A stretch of DNA of 64,000 bases from Gemmatimonadota bacterium. Its GTDB lineage: Bacteria; Gemmatimonadota; Gemmatimonadetes; Palauibacterales; KS3-K002. The translations under genes were made by a program, and so were the position numbers. Shown in pieces: positions 17,946 through 25,389 of the stretch. The DNA is taken from assembly GCA_039589995.1 (NCBI GenBank), contig JBDHGH010000002.1, positions 1,014-65,013 on the forward strand. Reading direction: 5' to 3'. The notes under the pieces are model-generated. The model ran no database searches. It had not been told where the DNA came from and was given only the letters and a program-made list of their open reading frames with translations. Positions within the stretch are counted from its first letter, which is position 1, and the number at the start of each line of letters is the position of its first letter.

Positions 17946-19187
17946 TTATCGTCTGTCATCTGCATCGTCGGCTGCGTTCGTTACGCCAAAGTCGACGATC
18001 TGCACGAGCTGCCCGTCGCGGTCAAGGATCCATGCCTTGCCCACCCCTGACACCCGTACGTCGGTGGCGAACTCTGTGTGTCGGGCAACGCCGATCACAC
18101 GCGGCTGATCACCGCTAACATCGACCACCGCCACGCCCTCCGTACCCGCGGCGACGTACAGACGGTCGCCCTCGAGGTCGGCGGCGTAGGCGAACCTCAC
18201 CCCTGTATACTGTTGTACCACGCGGGGTGTAGCGGGGTCCGACGCGTCCAGCACGTAGACCCCGTTGGTTCCCGCGGCGATCGCCAACCGATTACCGTGA
18301 CCTCGCACGGTTCGCCCGGCCGCAGGCAGTACGATCTCGCCCACTTTCTCGAGATCCGCGCTATAGGCGGCCAGACGATCCTCGGTCAACACCCAACCGA
18401 CACGCCCGTAGCCGGGGAACGTAATGTCGGTGACGTAGTCCGGCTTCTCGAACCCAGCAACCGTTTCTACGTCATAGTCGTCGCCGTTCCTACGAATTCC
18501 GAGCAGCCGAAGCGAGTCGAGGCCGGCTACGGCCAACCGGGACTGAAAGGCCTCGATCACACCGCCGCCGCGCTCATCGATCACCTGCCCCTGCACTGAG
18601 TCGTCCTCGACCGAAAAGCTGATCAGGTTCGAGTACGTGCTCAAGACCAGAAGGTCGAGAGACGGAATGACGGCCACGTCTTCAATCCCTCGAACGCCGC
18701 TCCCGCGAGCGTGGATCGAGCCATCCTCTCTGATGATTCGCGCACCGCTCGAACCCACCACGGCGGCCCCGCCCGGGAAATAGGTCATGCGGTCGGGTAC
18801 CAAGTCTAACGGAATGTCGCGGAAAGTGTAGTCGAGAGACGGACCCGCGGCCATTCGCCTTGAATAGCTCTTGTCCATCTCCATCCCAACCAGGAACCCG
18901 ATCCCGGCGCCGAGAATTCCCGCCACGAGCCCCACGCAGCCCTGGCTGCTGCAGCCCGACTCGAGCGTATTGTTGTTAGATGTGAATACGTAGGCAGGGA
19001 TCCCTACAAGGAGAAAGCCCCCGACGGCGAGGTAGAATCGCTTGTAGCTCTTGGGCGAATCTTGAGCCGACCCAACGGTAGGCAGGGCAACGACTAAGGC
19101 GATGGCAAGAGCGATAGCTGTCGAGCGCCGCGATCGTGCCGTCCCAAACAGGCCGGCAGATCCGGCACTATTCTTCGTCATTGACAA
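17946..19187 (-). CDS. membrane-anchored beta-propeller protein with LVIVD-like repeats
   Basis: N-terminal signal and TM segments, then repeated motifs (LAVAGLDSLRLLGI, VYVLDASDPATPRVV, LYVAAGTEGVAVVDVS) typical of LVIVD repeats. Confidence 0.6.
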   Translation of the reverse strand: MSMTKNSAGSAGLFGTARSRRSTAIALAIALVVALPTVGSAQDSPKSYKRFYLAVGGFLLVGIPAYVFTSNNNTLESGCSSQGCVGLVAGILGAGIGFLVGMEMDKSYSRRMAAGPSLDYTFRDIPLDLVPDRMTYFPGGAAVVGSSGARIIREDGSIHARGSGVRGIEDVAVIPSLDLLVLSTYSNLISFSVEDDSVQGQVIDERGGGVIEAFQSRLAVAGLDSLRLLGIRRNGDDYDVETVAGFEKPDYVTDITFPGYGRVGWVLTEDRLAAYSADLEKVGEIVLPAAGRTVRGHGNRLAIAAGTNGVYVLDASDPATPRVVQQYTGVRFAYAADLEGDRLYVAAGTEGVAVVDVSGDQPRVIGVARHTEFATDVRVSGVGKAWILDRDGQLVQIVDFGVTNAADDADDRR

Positions 19188-21387
19188 CCTCGAATGTGCG
19201 CAGTTGTCTCCCCATGCGCTCGGCGAGGTTATCCCATATCCTCAGCCTGATTTCGTACTCGCCCGCAGGCACTTCTTGCGGATCCAGTGACAGGTACTCC
19301 GTCACCCGGTCACGTCCATCCATCTTGACCTCTCGGCTGAACTGCAGTTCCAGCCGATCATCGCCGACTATGCTGAATCCCCAGGCGTCGGCAAGATCAC
19401 CGATAATCGCACCGATTCCGCTTCGGGAGATGCTCTTGACCCTGACCTGGATAGAAACTTGGTAAGAGGCGAAGCCCTCCGAATCCTGATCCAAGCCATA
19501 GATCTCATAGTAGATATGTACAGGGTCACCGGAATTGTACTCCAATGCCGCATTAGGCCAGACCTCGTAGTCCGACCGCTTCACCGGCTCTTCCACCAGC
19601 GGCTTGATATAGTCGGCGACCAGTATGTCGCTGACCTTCATCGAATCTTCCGGGTAAGCCTCGACGTCGAAGCTTTCGCGCGTCGCCGCCGATCGCCAAG
19701 TCACTTCGTCGCGCGCCTCGACCGCTGCCACCAACTGTTGGCCCGGCGCGAGAATTAGCCGCCAGCTCCTGTACTCGTCGATGTCCGGCGACTCGTCGTA
19801 CTCCAATGTCTCCGTATTGGTGCGTTGCAACACCTTGTCCCCGGCCGCGTTGATCAAGAACAAGCCCGTCTCTATTTCACCCTCGTCCAGGTCGAGCCCA
19901 CGAGCGAATTCCTCCAGCGGCAACGCCGCGTGGACCTCGAGCGCGACCTCGTCCGGAGTCTCGCCGCGGAATCGTGCCAATTGGATCGGCATTTCCATCA
20001 ATTGTGGAATCGACGGAATATTCACGTACGTCACCGGCTGCAGGTAACGGTAGTTCTCGGCGACGAACTTGTAATCTCCCGCGAAGCGCGCATTCAAGTA
20101 GCCCGGCATCTGTTGGAAGATGAACACCGGACCGTCATAGCCATAGCTCCAAATAATAGACCGCCGCCCAACCGCATACGGATTTCCCGTGACATACGGA
20201 CTCGCCCCAAACGACGCGATCGACATGGGGTGGCCATAGCGAACGAAGATGATCCCCTGATCGGTTTGCCACCCACGCAACCCGGCCTCGGGAGCCGAGA
20301 AACGAAGGTCGGCATATGAGACCCGAGATAGGTGTTCCAATCGCCTCTCGTTCGCATCGGTGAGATACAGCGGGTCGGACAGCAACCAGTACGTCTCATT
20401 GAAATCCTCCCGGCCGTCCTCGTCAAGCCGCATGTACTCCCGGGCCTCATCGCGCCGCATCACCTCGGCCAAGCTCTCGACTTGCCGCCTTTCCTCATCC
20501 GTCAGTCGCTTCAGGCCGTCTTCGAATGCCTCCGATGCCGATTCCTCTCGACCGGCTGCGTGCAACCCAAGTCCCAGGTACAGAAACGGTAGGGGCCGAT
20601 CGGGGTGGGCGGATCGGAGCCGCCGCGCAATCGACAGGTACTCGCCCAGCCTCTGCTCGTCCAGCAGCTGTCCCATCAGCCGCACCGAAGCACCCACGTG
20701 CTCCGGATCGAAGCGCAGCGCCGCCCGATAGTGCTCGATCATCTCGTCCTTGGTCATCTGCCCCGAGCCCTTGATCGGCGTCGTCTGACTCATGTACTCG
20801 TTGCCGTAGCGTACCGGGCCCTGGGTGCCACCAAAGCCATACGTTCCCATCGGATCGAAATCGTCCTGGGGCGGCCCCATGTTCAATGGGTTGAAACGCC
20901 GGTACTCGATCGTCCTATACCACAGCTCCTTGAGATACCCCAGGTTGAAGTGTACTTCGGCCAAGATCGACGGGTCGGACTGCTTCTCGGCTGCCGCCAG
21001 CGCTCGGTCGAACAAGCGGCCCGCGTCCACCTTCATGTGCTGCTTCAAGCGAAGGCGCGCCAACTCCAATAGGTAGCGGGGTTCGCCGGGGCTGATCCGC
21101 AGCGCTTCTAAGAGGAGGTTCTCCGCCTTCCTACGATCTCGCCAATCGGTCTCGATCGCATTGGCACTTTCGGTGTAGATCCGCCCGAGGTAGTAGTAGG
21201 GATCGCTCATCTTGGGGGCGGCTTTGCGGGCCTTTTCAAACTCAGCGAGGGCGCGCGCGGTATCTCCAGATAGGGCGGCATCGAGGCCCACTTGGATGTA
21301 CTCCCGGGCTACATCTTCCTGTGCCGATGCGGTCTGAGCCGACACCAACACAAGAGCCGATAGCAGGACAGAGATGGCGTGCTTCAC
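19168..21387 (-). CDS. TPR plus GWxTD domain protein, secreted
   Basis: Signal peptide MKHAISVLLSALVLVSAQTASAQ, N-terminal TPR-like repeats, and the motif GLRGWQTDQGIIFVRYGHP, which is the GWxTD domain signature. Confidence 0.8.
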   Translation of the reverse strand: MKHAISVLLSALVLVSAQTASAQEDVAREYIQVGLDAALSGDTARALAEFEKARKAAPKMSDPYYYLGRIYTESANAIETDWRDRRKAENLLLEALRISPGEPRYLLELARLRLKQHMKVDAGRLFDRALAAAEKQSDPSILAEVHFNLGYLKELWYRTIEYRRFNPLNMGPPQDDFDPMGTYGFGGTQGPVRYGNEYMSQTTPIKGSGQMTKDEMIEHYRAALRFDPEHVGASVRLMGQLLDEQRLGEYLSIARRLRSAHPDRPLPFLYLGLGLHAAGREESASEAFEDGLKRLTDEERRQVESLAEVMRRDEAREYMRLDEDGREDFNETYWLLSDPLYLTDANERRLEHLSRVSYADLRFSAPEAGLRGWQTDQGIIFVRYGHPMSIASFGASPYVTGNPYAVGRRSIIWSYGYDGPVFIFQQMPGYLNARFAGDYKFVAENYRYLQPVTYVNIPSIPQLMEMPIQLARFRGETPDEVALEVHAALPLEEFARGLDLDEGEIETGLFLINAAGDKVLQRTNTETLEYDESPDIDEYRSWRLILAPGQQLVAAVEARDEVTWRSAATRESFDVEAYPEDSMKVSDILVADYIKPLVEEPVKRSDYEVWPNAALEYNSGDPVHIYYEIYGLDQDSEGFASYQVSIQVRVKSISRSGIGAIIGDLADAWGFSIVGDDRLELQFSREVKMDGRDRVTEYLSLDPQEVPAGEYEIRLRIWDNLAERMGRQLRTFEVVNDEE

Positions 21388-21645
21388 GGCTGAGTCCTTT
21401 GCTTAGAGCTGTCGAGAACCCGCGCATCTAAAACTTACGGGGGGAATCGAGAAAGGAAAAGGGCCGGCGGTCTCAGTGGCTTTTAAGTACATACAAGACA
21501 GGGTTTTGAGAGCTTAGAGCCAGCGAGCTACCGAGCAGTCCCTCCACGCCCCTTGCCGCTTCAGATGCCGCCAGCCAGTTTAGCCACCACTCAGCGAAAC
21601 ACGGACGATTCCTAGCGAGTCGCGACAAAAAGGGAGAGCCAGGCC

Positions 21646-21780
21646 ATGAACGGGCTTGAAGGCGCGATTCTCATTCCCATTCTCATACTGGGATGCACCG
21701 CGATTATCTACTATGGATTGATCTCCGTCCGGGCGCGTCAACTCGAGTCGCGCCGCGACGATGATCCCTCCAGCGACTAA
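21646..21780 (+). CDS. possible 44-aa single-TM micro-protein
   Basis: Not in the ORF track. The ATG at 21646 is preceded by AAAAAGGGAGAG. Translation is MNGLEGAILIPILILGCTAIIYYGLISVRARQLESRRDDDPSSD, one hydrophobic helix plus a charged tail, 30 nt upstream of kbl. Confidence 0.3.
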   Translation: MNGLEGAILIPILILGCTAIIYYGLISVRARQLESRRDDDPSSD

Positions 21781-21810
21781 TCCTCGAGCCCTTACCAGCC
21801 GGGAGGCTAA

Positions 21811-22998
21811 ATGAACGGGCTATTCGACCGCTTGCGGACCGAGCTCGACGAGATGCGGGAGCAGGGGGTGTACAAGGAGCTGATCCACCTAGATTCACCG
21901 CAGGATGCCGTTGTGAGTATCGATGAGCTCGGCCGTGAAGTAATCAACCTGTGCTCTAACAACTACCTGGGTCTCTGCAACACACCCGAGGTCGTCGCTG
22001 CGGGGTCGGCGGCATACGACGAGTTTGGGGCCGGTACATCGTCGGTTCGATTCATCTGCGGAACGTTTACACTGCACCGGCGGCTCGAAGACAGGATCGC
22101 CGAATTCCTCGGCCTCGAATCAGCACTGACTTACGTCTCCTGCTGGAACGCCAACACCGGTTTGACGCCGACGTTCCTGGGCGAGGAGGACGCGCTCATT
22201 TCCGACGAATTGAACCACGCGTCGATCATCGACGGCGTGAGGGCAACGCGAGCGCAGCGCAAGATTTACAAGCACTCGGACATGGACGACCTGGAGCAGG
22301 CACTGAAGGATACCGCCAGCGCAAGAAGCCGGTTCATCATTACCGACGGTGTCTTCTCCATGGAAGGCGACATCTGCAAGCTTCCGGAAATCCTGGATCT
22401 GGCGGAAGAGTACGATGCCACGGTCACCGTTGATGATTCCCACGCGACGGGCGTTCTCGGTGACACCGGACGCGGCACGCCAGAGCACTACGGACTCCAC
22501 GGCAAGGTGCCGGTTATCACCAGCACACTAGGCAAGGCCCTGGGCGGCGCCGCCGGTGGCTTCACCGCGGGCCCCTCCGAACTGACCGACTATCTGACGC
22601 AACGGTCGCGGCCAATGCTCTTCTCCAATGCGCTACCGCCGGCTACCACGGCGCACTCCCTCGCCGCGATCGACTACCTCGACAGTCATCCTGAATTGAT
22701 ACAGAAGCTTCGAAGTAATACGGAGTACTTTCGCGAAAGACTGCTCGAGGCGGGATTCAACCCCATAGAGGGTGCGACACCGATCGTACCCATCATCATC
22801 GGCGAGACCGCTGAAGCCATTAAGATGAGCCGCATGCTGCTCGATGAAGGGGTCTTCGTGATCGGCTTCGGCTTCCCCGTTGTTCCGCACGGCACGGCGC
22901 GCATCCGCTGCCAGGTCTCGGCTGCCCACGAGATCCAGCACCTGGACGCCGTGCTCGACGCCATGAAGAAGGTGGGCACTCAGCTAGGAATAATCTGA
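21811..22998 (+). CDS. kbl: glycine C-acetyltransferase (2-amino-3-ketobutyrate CoA ligase)
   Basis: MNGLFDRLRTELDEMREQGVYKE...NLCSNNYLGL...SVRFICGT...DELNHASIIDG...DDSHATGVLG...STLGKALGG, the class II aminotransferase / Kbl pattern. Confidence 0.9.
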   Translation: MNGLFDRLRTELDEMREQGVYKELIHLDSPQDAVVSIDELGREVINLCSNNYLGLCNTPEVVAAGSAAYDEFGAGTSSVRFICGTFTLHRRLEDRIAEFLGLESALTYVSCWNANTGLTPTFLGEEDALISDELNHASIIDGVRATRAQRKIYKHSDMDDLEQALKDTASARSRFIITDGVFSMEGDICKLPEILDLAEEYDATVTVDDSHATGVLGDTGRGTPEHYGLHGKVPVITSTLGKALGGAAGGFTAGPSELTDYLTQRSRPMLFSNALPPATTAHSLAAIDYLDSHPELIQKLRSNTEYFRERLLEAGFNPIEGATPIVPIIIGETAEAIKMSRMLLDEGVFVIGFGFPVVPHGTARIRCQVSAAHEIQHLDAVLDAMKKVGTQLGII

Positions 22999-23008
22999 GG
23001 CCGAAACG

Positions 23009-23674
23009 ATGGCACTAATAGCTCCGAGCATTCTCAGCGCGGATTTCACGCGCCTCGGTGACCAGATCGCCGAAGCTGAGGCCGGTGGCGCCGACTGGGT
23101 CCACGTCGACGTGATGGACGGCCATTTCGTCCCAAACATCACGATTGGACCCATGATCGTAGAAGCGGCCCGCCGGGCAACCGACATCCCGCTGGATGTT
23201 CACCTGATGATCGAGAACCCCGACCGCTACCTGGAAGATTTCGTGGGTGCCGGAGCGAACTTCCTCACCGTCCACCAGGAGACGTGTCCGCATCTCCACC
23301 GGACCGTGCAGAGGATCCGAGAGCTCGGCGCTCGTCCCGGGGTGTCGATCAATCCATCCACACCGGTGGAGACGCTGGTCGATGCCCTCCCCTTCGTCGA
23401 CCTCGTGCTCATCATGACGGTCAACCCCGGCTTCGGTGGCCAGAAGTTCATCCCGGAGTGCCTACCCAAGATCGCCCGACTGGCACAACGGCTCGAAGCG
23501 ATGGGACGCCAGGACATCGAGATCGAAGTCGATGGCGGAATCGATCTGACGACGGCACCCGCGACAGTGGGAGCCGGAGCGACCGTGTTGGTCGCCGGCT
23601 CGGCCGTGTTTTCCCGTGGCTCGATCGCAGACAACATCCAGGCCCTGCGCCGCAGCCTGGCCGTCGAGGTCTGA
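23009..23674 (+). CDS. rpe: ribulose-phosphate 3-epimerase
   Basis: IAPSILSADF...DWVHVDVMDGHFVPNITIGP...DVHLMI...VHQE...MTVNPGFGGQKF...EVDGGI, the canonical Rpe sequence. Confidence 0.95.
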   Translation: MALIAPSILSADFTRLGDQIAEAEAGGADWVHVDVMDGHFVPNITIGPMIVEAARRATDIPLDVHLMIENPDRYLEDFVGAGANFLTVHQETCPHLHRTVQRIRELGARPGVSINPSTPVETLVDALPFVDLVLIMTVNPGFGGQKFIPECLPKIARLAQRLEAMGRQDIEIEVDGGIDLTTAPATVGAGATVLVAGSAVFSRGSIADNIQALRRSLAVEV

Positions 23675-23880
23675 TCACAGGGAACCGTCCCCGCTCGCTT
23701 GACGTTTTCGTGGTGAAAAGCTCTGAGTTTGCTCCTGGTTCAATCGAGTGAGTGGAAGGGTGAATCCGAACGCTTGCACCTGTGCCAGCTGTACATACCG
23801 ACCGGCCGAGGCCGCGCGGATGCACCGGTACGCGTGAAGCAGGGGGCAAAGGAGATCGAGTCCCACCCAAGCAAGCACCA

Positions 23881-23914
23881 GCCGCCCGCGCCCTTGGACG
23901 CGGGCGGCTTTTTT
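23881..23914 (+). terminator. rho-independent terminator or attenuator hairpin immediately upstream of cysM
   Basis: Perfect 10-bp GC stem GCCGCCCGCG (23881..23890) / CGCGGGCGGC (23899..23908), an 8-nt loop, then TTTTTT (23909..23914). The cysM ATG lies 16 nt downstream. Confidence 0.8.
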
Positions 23915-23929
23915 GTCAGGCGATGGACG

Positions 23930-24886
23930 ATGATAGAAGCAGCAAGAAACTTCGAATTCGGCGGTCCGGTTGAACAGCACCCCTGCAGGGTCACCGCAGC
24001 GGGGCGAGGTCTATTTGACCTCGTCGGCAGCACGCCGCTCGTTCCCATCGCGCTGCCCGGCGTCGCTCCCGGGGTACAGATCCTGGCGAAGGCCGAGTGG
24101 CTCAACCCGGGGGGCTCGGTGAAGGACCGCGCGGCTCGAGCGATCGTGCTGGAGGCCGAGCGGACGGGCGAGCTTGCGAACAAGCGCCTGCTGGACGCCA
24201 GCTCGGGCAACACCGCCATCGCCTACGCCATGCTGGGGGCCGTTCGCGGGTTCGCGGTGACGATCTGCCTGCCCCAAAACGCCAGCGCGGAACGGAAGGC
24301 GACCCTCGCGGCGTACGGCGCCGAGGTGATCGAGACAGACCCACTCGAGGGCACGGACGGAGCGATCCGCCATGCCCGTCGGTTGGCCGCGGAGAAGGCC
24401 GACGATTACTACTATGCCGACCAGTACAACAACCCGGCAAACGTCCGAGCCCACTACGAGACCACGGGTCCGGAGATTTGGCGGCAGACCCTTGGGGGGA
24501 TCACACATCTGGTCGCCGGCCTGGGCACGACCGGGACTCTAGTGGGAACGGGTCGCTACTTGCGAGAGTGCGACGCCGATGTGCATCTCGTTGCTGTCGA
24601 GCCGGACGACGGCTTCCACGGGATCGAAGGGTTGAAGCACATACCCACGTCGATAGTCCCGGGTATCTACGACCGACGGCTGCCGACTCGAACAATTCGT
24701 GTGCATACGGAACAGGCCTACGATATGACCCGGACATTGGCTCGCGAGTTCGGATTGCTTGTGGGGCCATCGTCAGGCGCCGCGGCCGTTGCGGCAGAAG
24801 AAATCGCCTCAGAACTCATCGCGGGCTGCGTTGTCGCCATCTTTCCCGATAGCGCGGCCCGCTACATCAGTCTTGGGCTTTGGTGA
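23930..24886 (+). CDS. cysM: CysM-type cysteine synthase (PLP-dependent, thiocarboxylate/O-phosphoserine type inferred from context)
   Basis: ORF 23729..24886, but its first 67 codons run through the terminator hairpin, so I use the ATG at 23930. It has LVGSTPLVPI, the PLP-Lys motif GGSVKDRAA, SSGNTAIAYA, and GLGTTGTLVGTGRYLRE, closely recalling M. tuberculosis CysM. Confidence 0.85.
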   Translation: MIEAARNFEFGGPVEQHPCRVTAAGRGLFDLVGSTPLVPIALPGVAPGVQILAKAEWLNPGGSVKDRAARAIVLEAERTGELANKRLLDASSGNTAIAYAMLGAVRGFAVTICLPQNASAERKATLAAYGAEVIETDPLEGTDGAIRHARRLAAEKADDYYYADQYNNPANVRAHYETTGPEIWRQTLGGITHLVAGLGTTGTLVGTGRYLRECDADVHLVAVEPDDGFHGIEGLKHIPTSIVPGIYDRRLPTRTIRVHTEQAYDMTRTLAREFGLLVGPSSGAAAVAAEEIASELIAGCVVAIFPDSAARYISLGLW

Positions 24887-24892
24887 CACACC

Positions 24893-25363
24893 ATGATGAG
24901 TGAGGAACGACGTCAGACATCATCGGAGGAGGCCGCACGCCTCGTTCTCGGAGCGGAGAGCCTTGCGAAGATTCGCGAACACCTTCAGCTCTCGTACCCC
25001 GAAGAAGCGTGCGGCGGTCTGCTCGGTCGTATCGCGTATGACAACGTCGTCGTCGTCGAAGAAACCGTATCGCTGGCAAACGCCCGCGTGGCGGAGCGCC
25101 GCCGGCGGTATCTCATCGGTCCGACCGATGTCCTCGAACTGGAACGTCGAGCCGAGGCATCCGGTCTCCAGGTCGTCGGGTATTACCACTCTCACCCGGA
25201 CGCGCCGCCCGTACCTTCGGAATTCGATCGAAAACACGCTTGGCCCTGGTACGCCTACCTAATCGCCAGCGTGGAGAGCGGGAATCTGACGCGATCGCAA
25301 GCCTGGCGACTGTCCGACGACCGCGAGCGCTTTTTGCCGCTGCAGCTGAGCGAAGAGGAGTAA
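24893..25363 (+). CDS. JAMM/MPN+ (Mov34) metalloprotease, Mec-like
   Basis: Catalytic Glu context YPEEACGGLLG and the JAMM motif HSHPDAPPVPSEFD (HxHx7Sx2D). Confidence 0.85.
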   Translation: MMSEERRQTSSEEAARLVLGAESLAKIREHLQLSYPEEACGGLLGRIAYDNVVVVEETVSLANARVAERRRRYLIGPTDVLELERRAEASGLQVVGYYHSHPDAPPVPSEFDRKHAWPWYAYLIASVESGNLTRSQAWRLSDDRERFLPLQLSEEE

Positions 25364-25389
25364 GCCCCAACCCCAAAGGCACCGAGACC

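Noticed and set aside
23675-23880. Identity of the rpe-cysM spacer as 6S RNA, SRP RNA, or a SAM-I/SAM-IV riboswitch.
   Set aside because: I could not find the conserved cores by eye. The SRP GGAA-tetraloop/AGCA motif and the SAM-I/IV GCAACC...GGUGC elements were absent, and no 6S-like end-to-end helix was visible. The region remains an unclassified candidate RNA element.
23729-23929. N-terminal 67-codon extension of the cysM ORF as listed in the ORF track.
   Set aside because: The extension runs through a perfect terminator hairpin plus T-tract, and its translation is not protein-like. Homology-like sequence begins near the ATG at 23930.
25240-25389. Upstream extension of the cysO-moeZ ORF overlapping the JAMM gene by 124 nt.
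   Set aside because: The extension is Arg/Ala-rich and overlaps a well-supported gene. The ATG at 25390 gives a carrier domain of the expected 93 residues.
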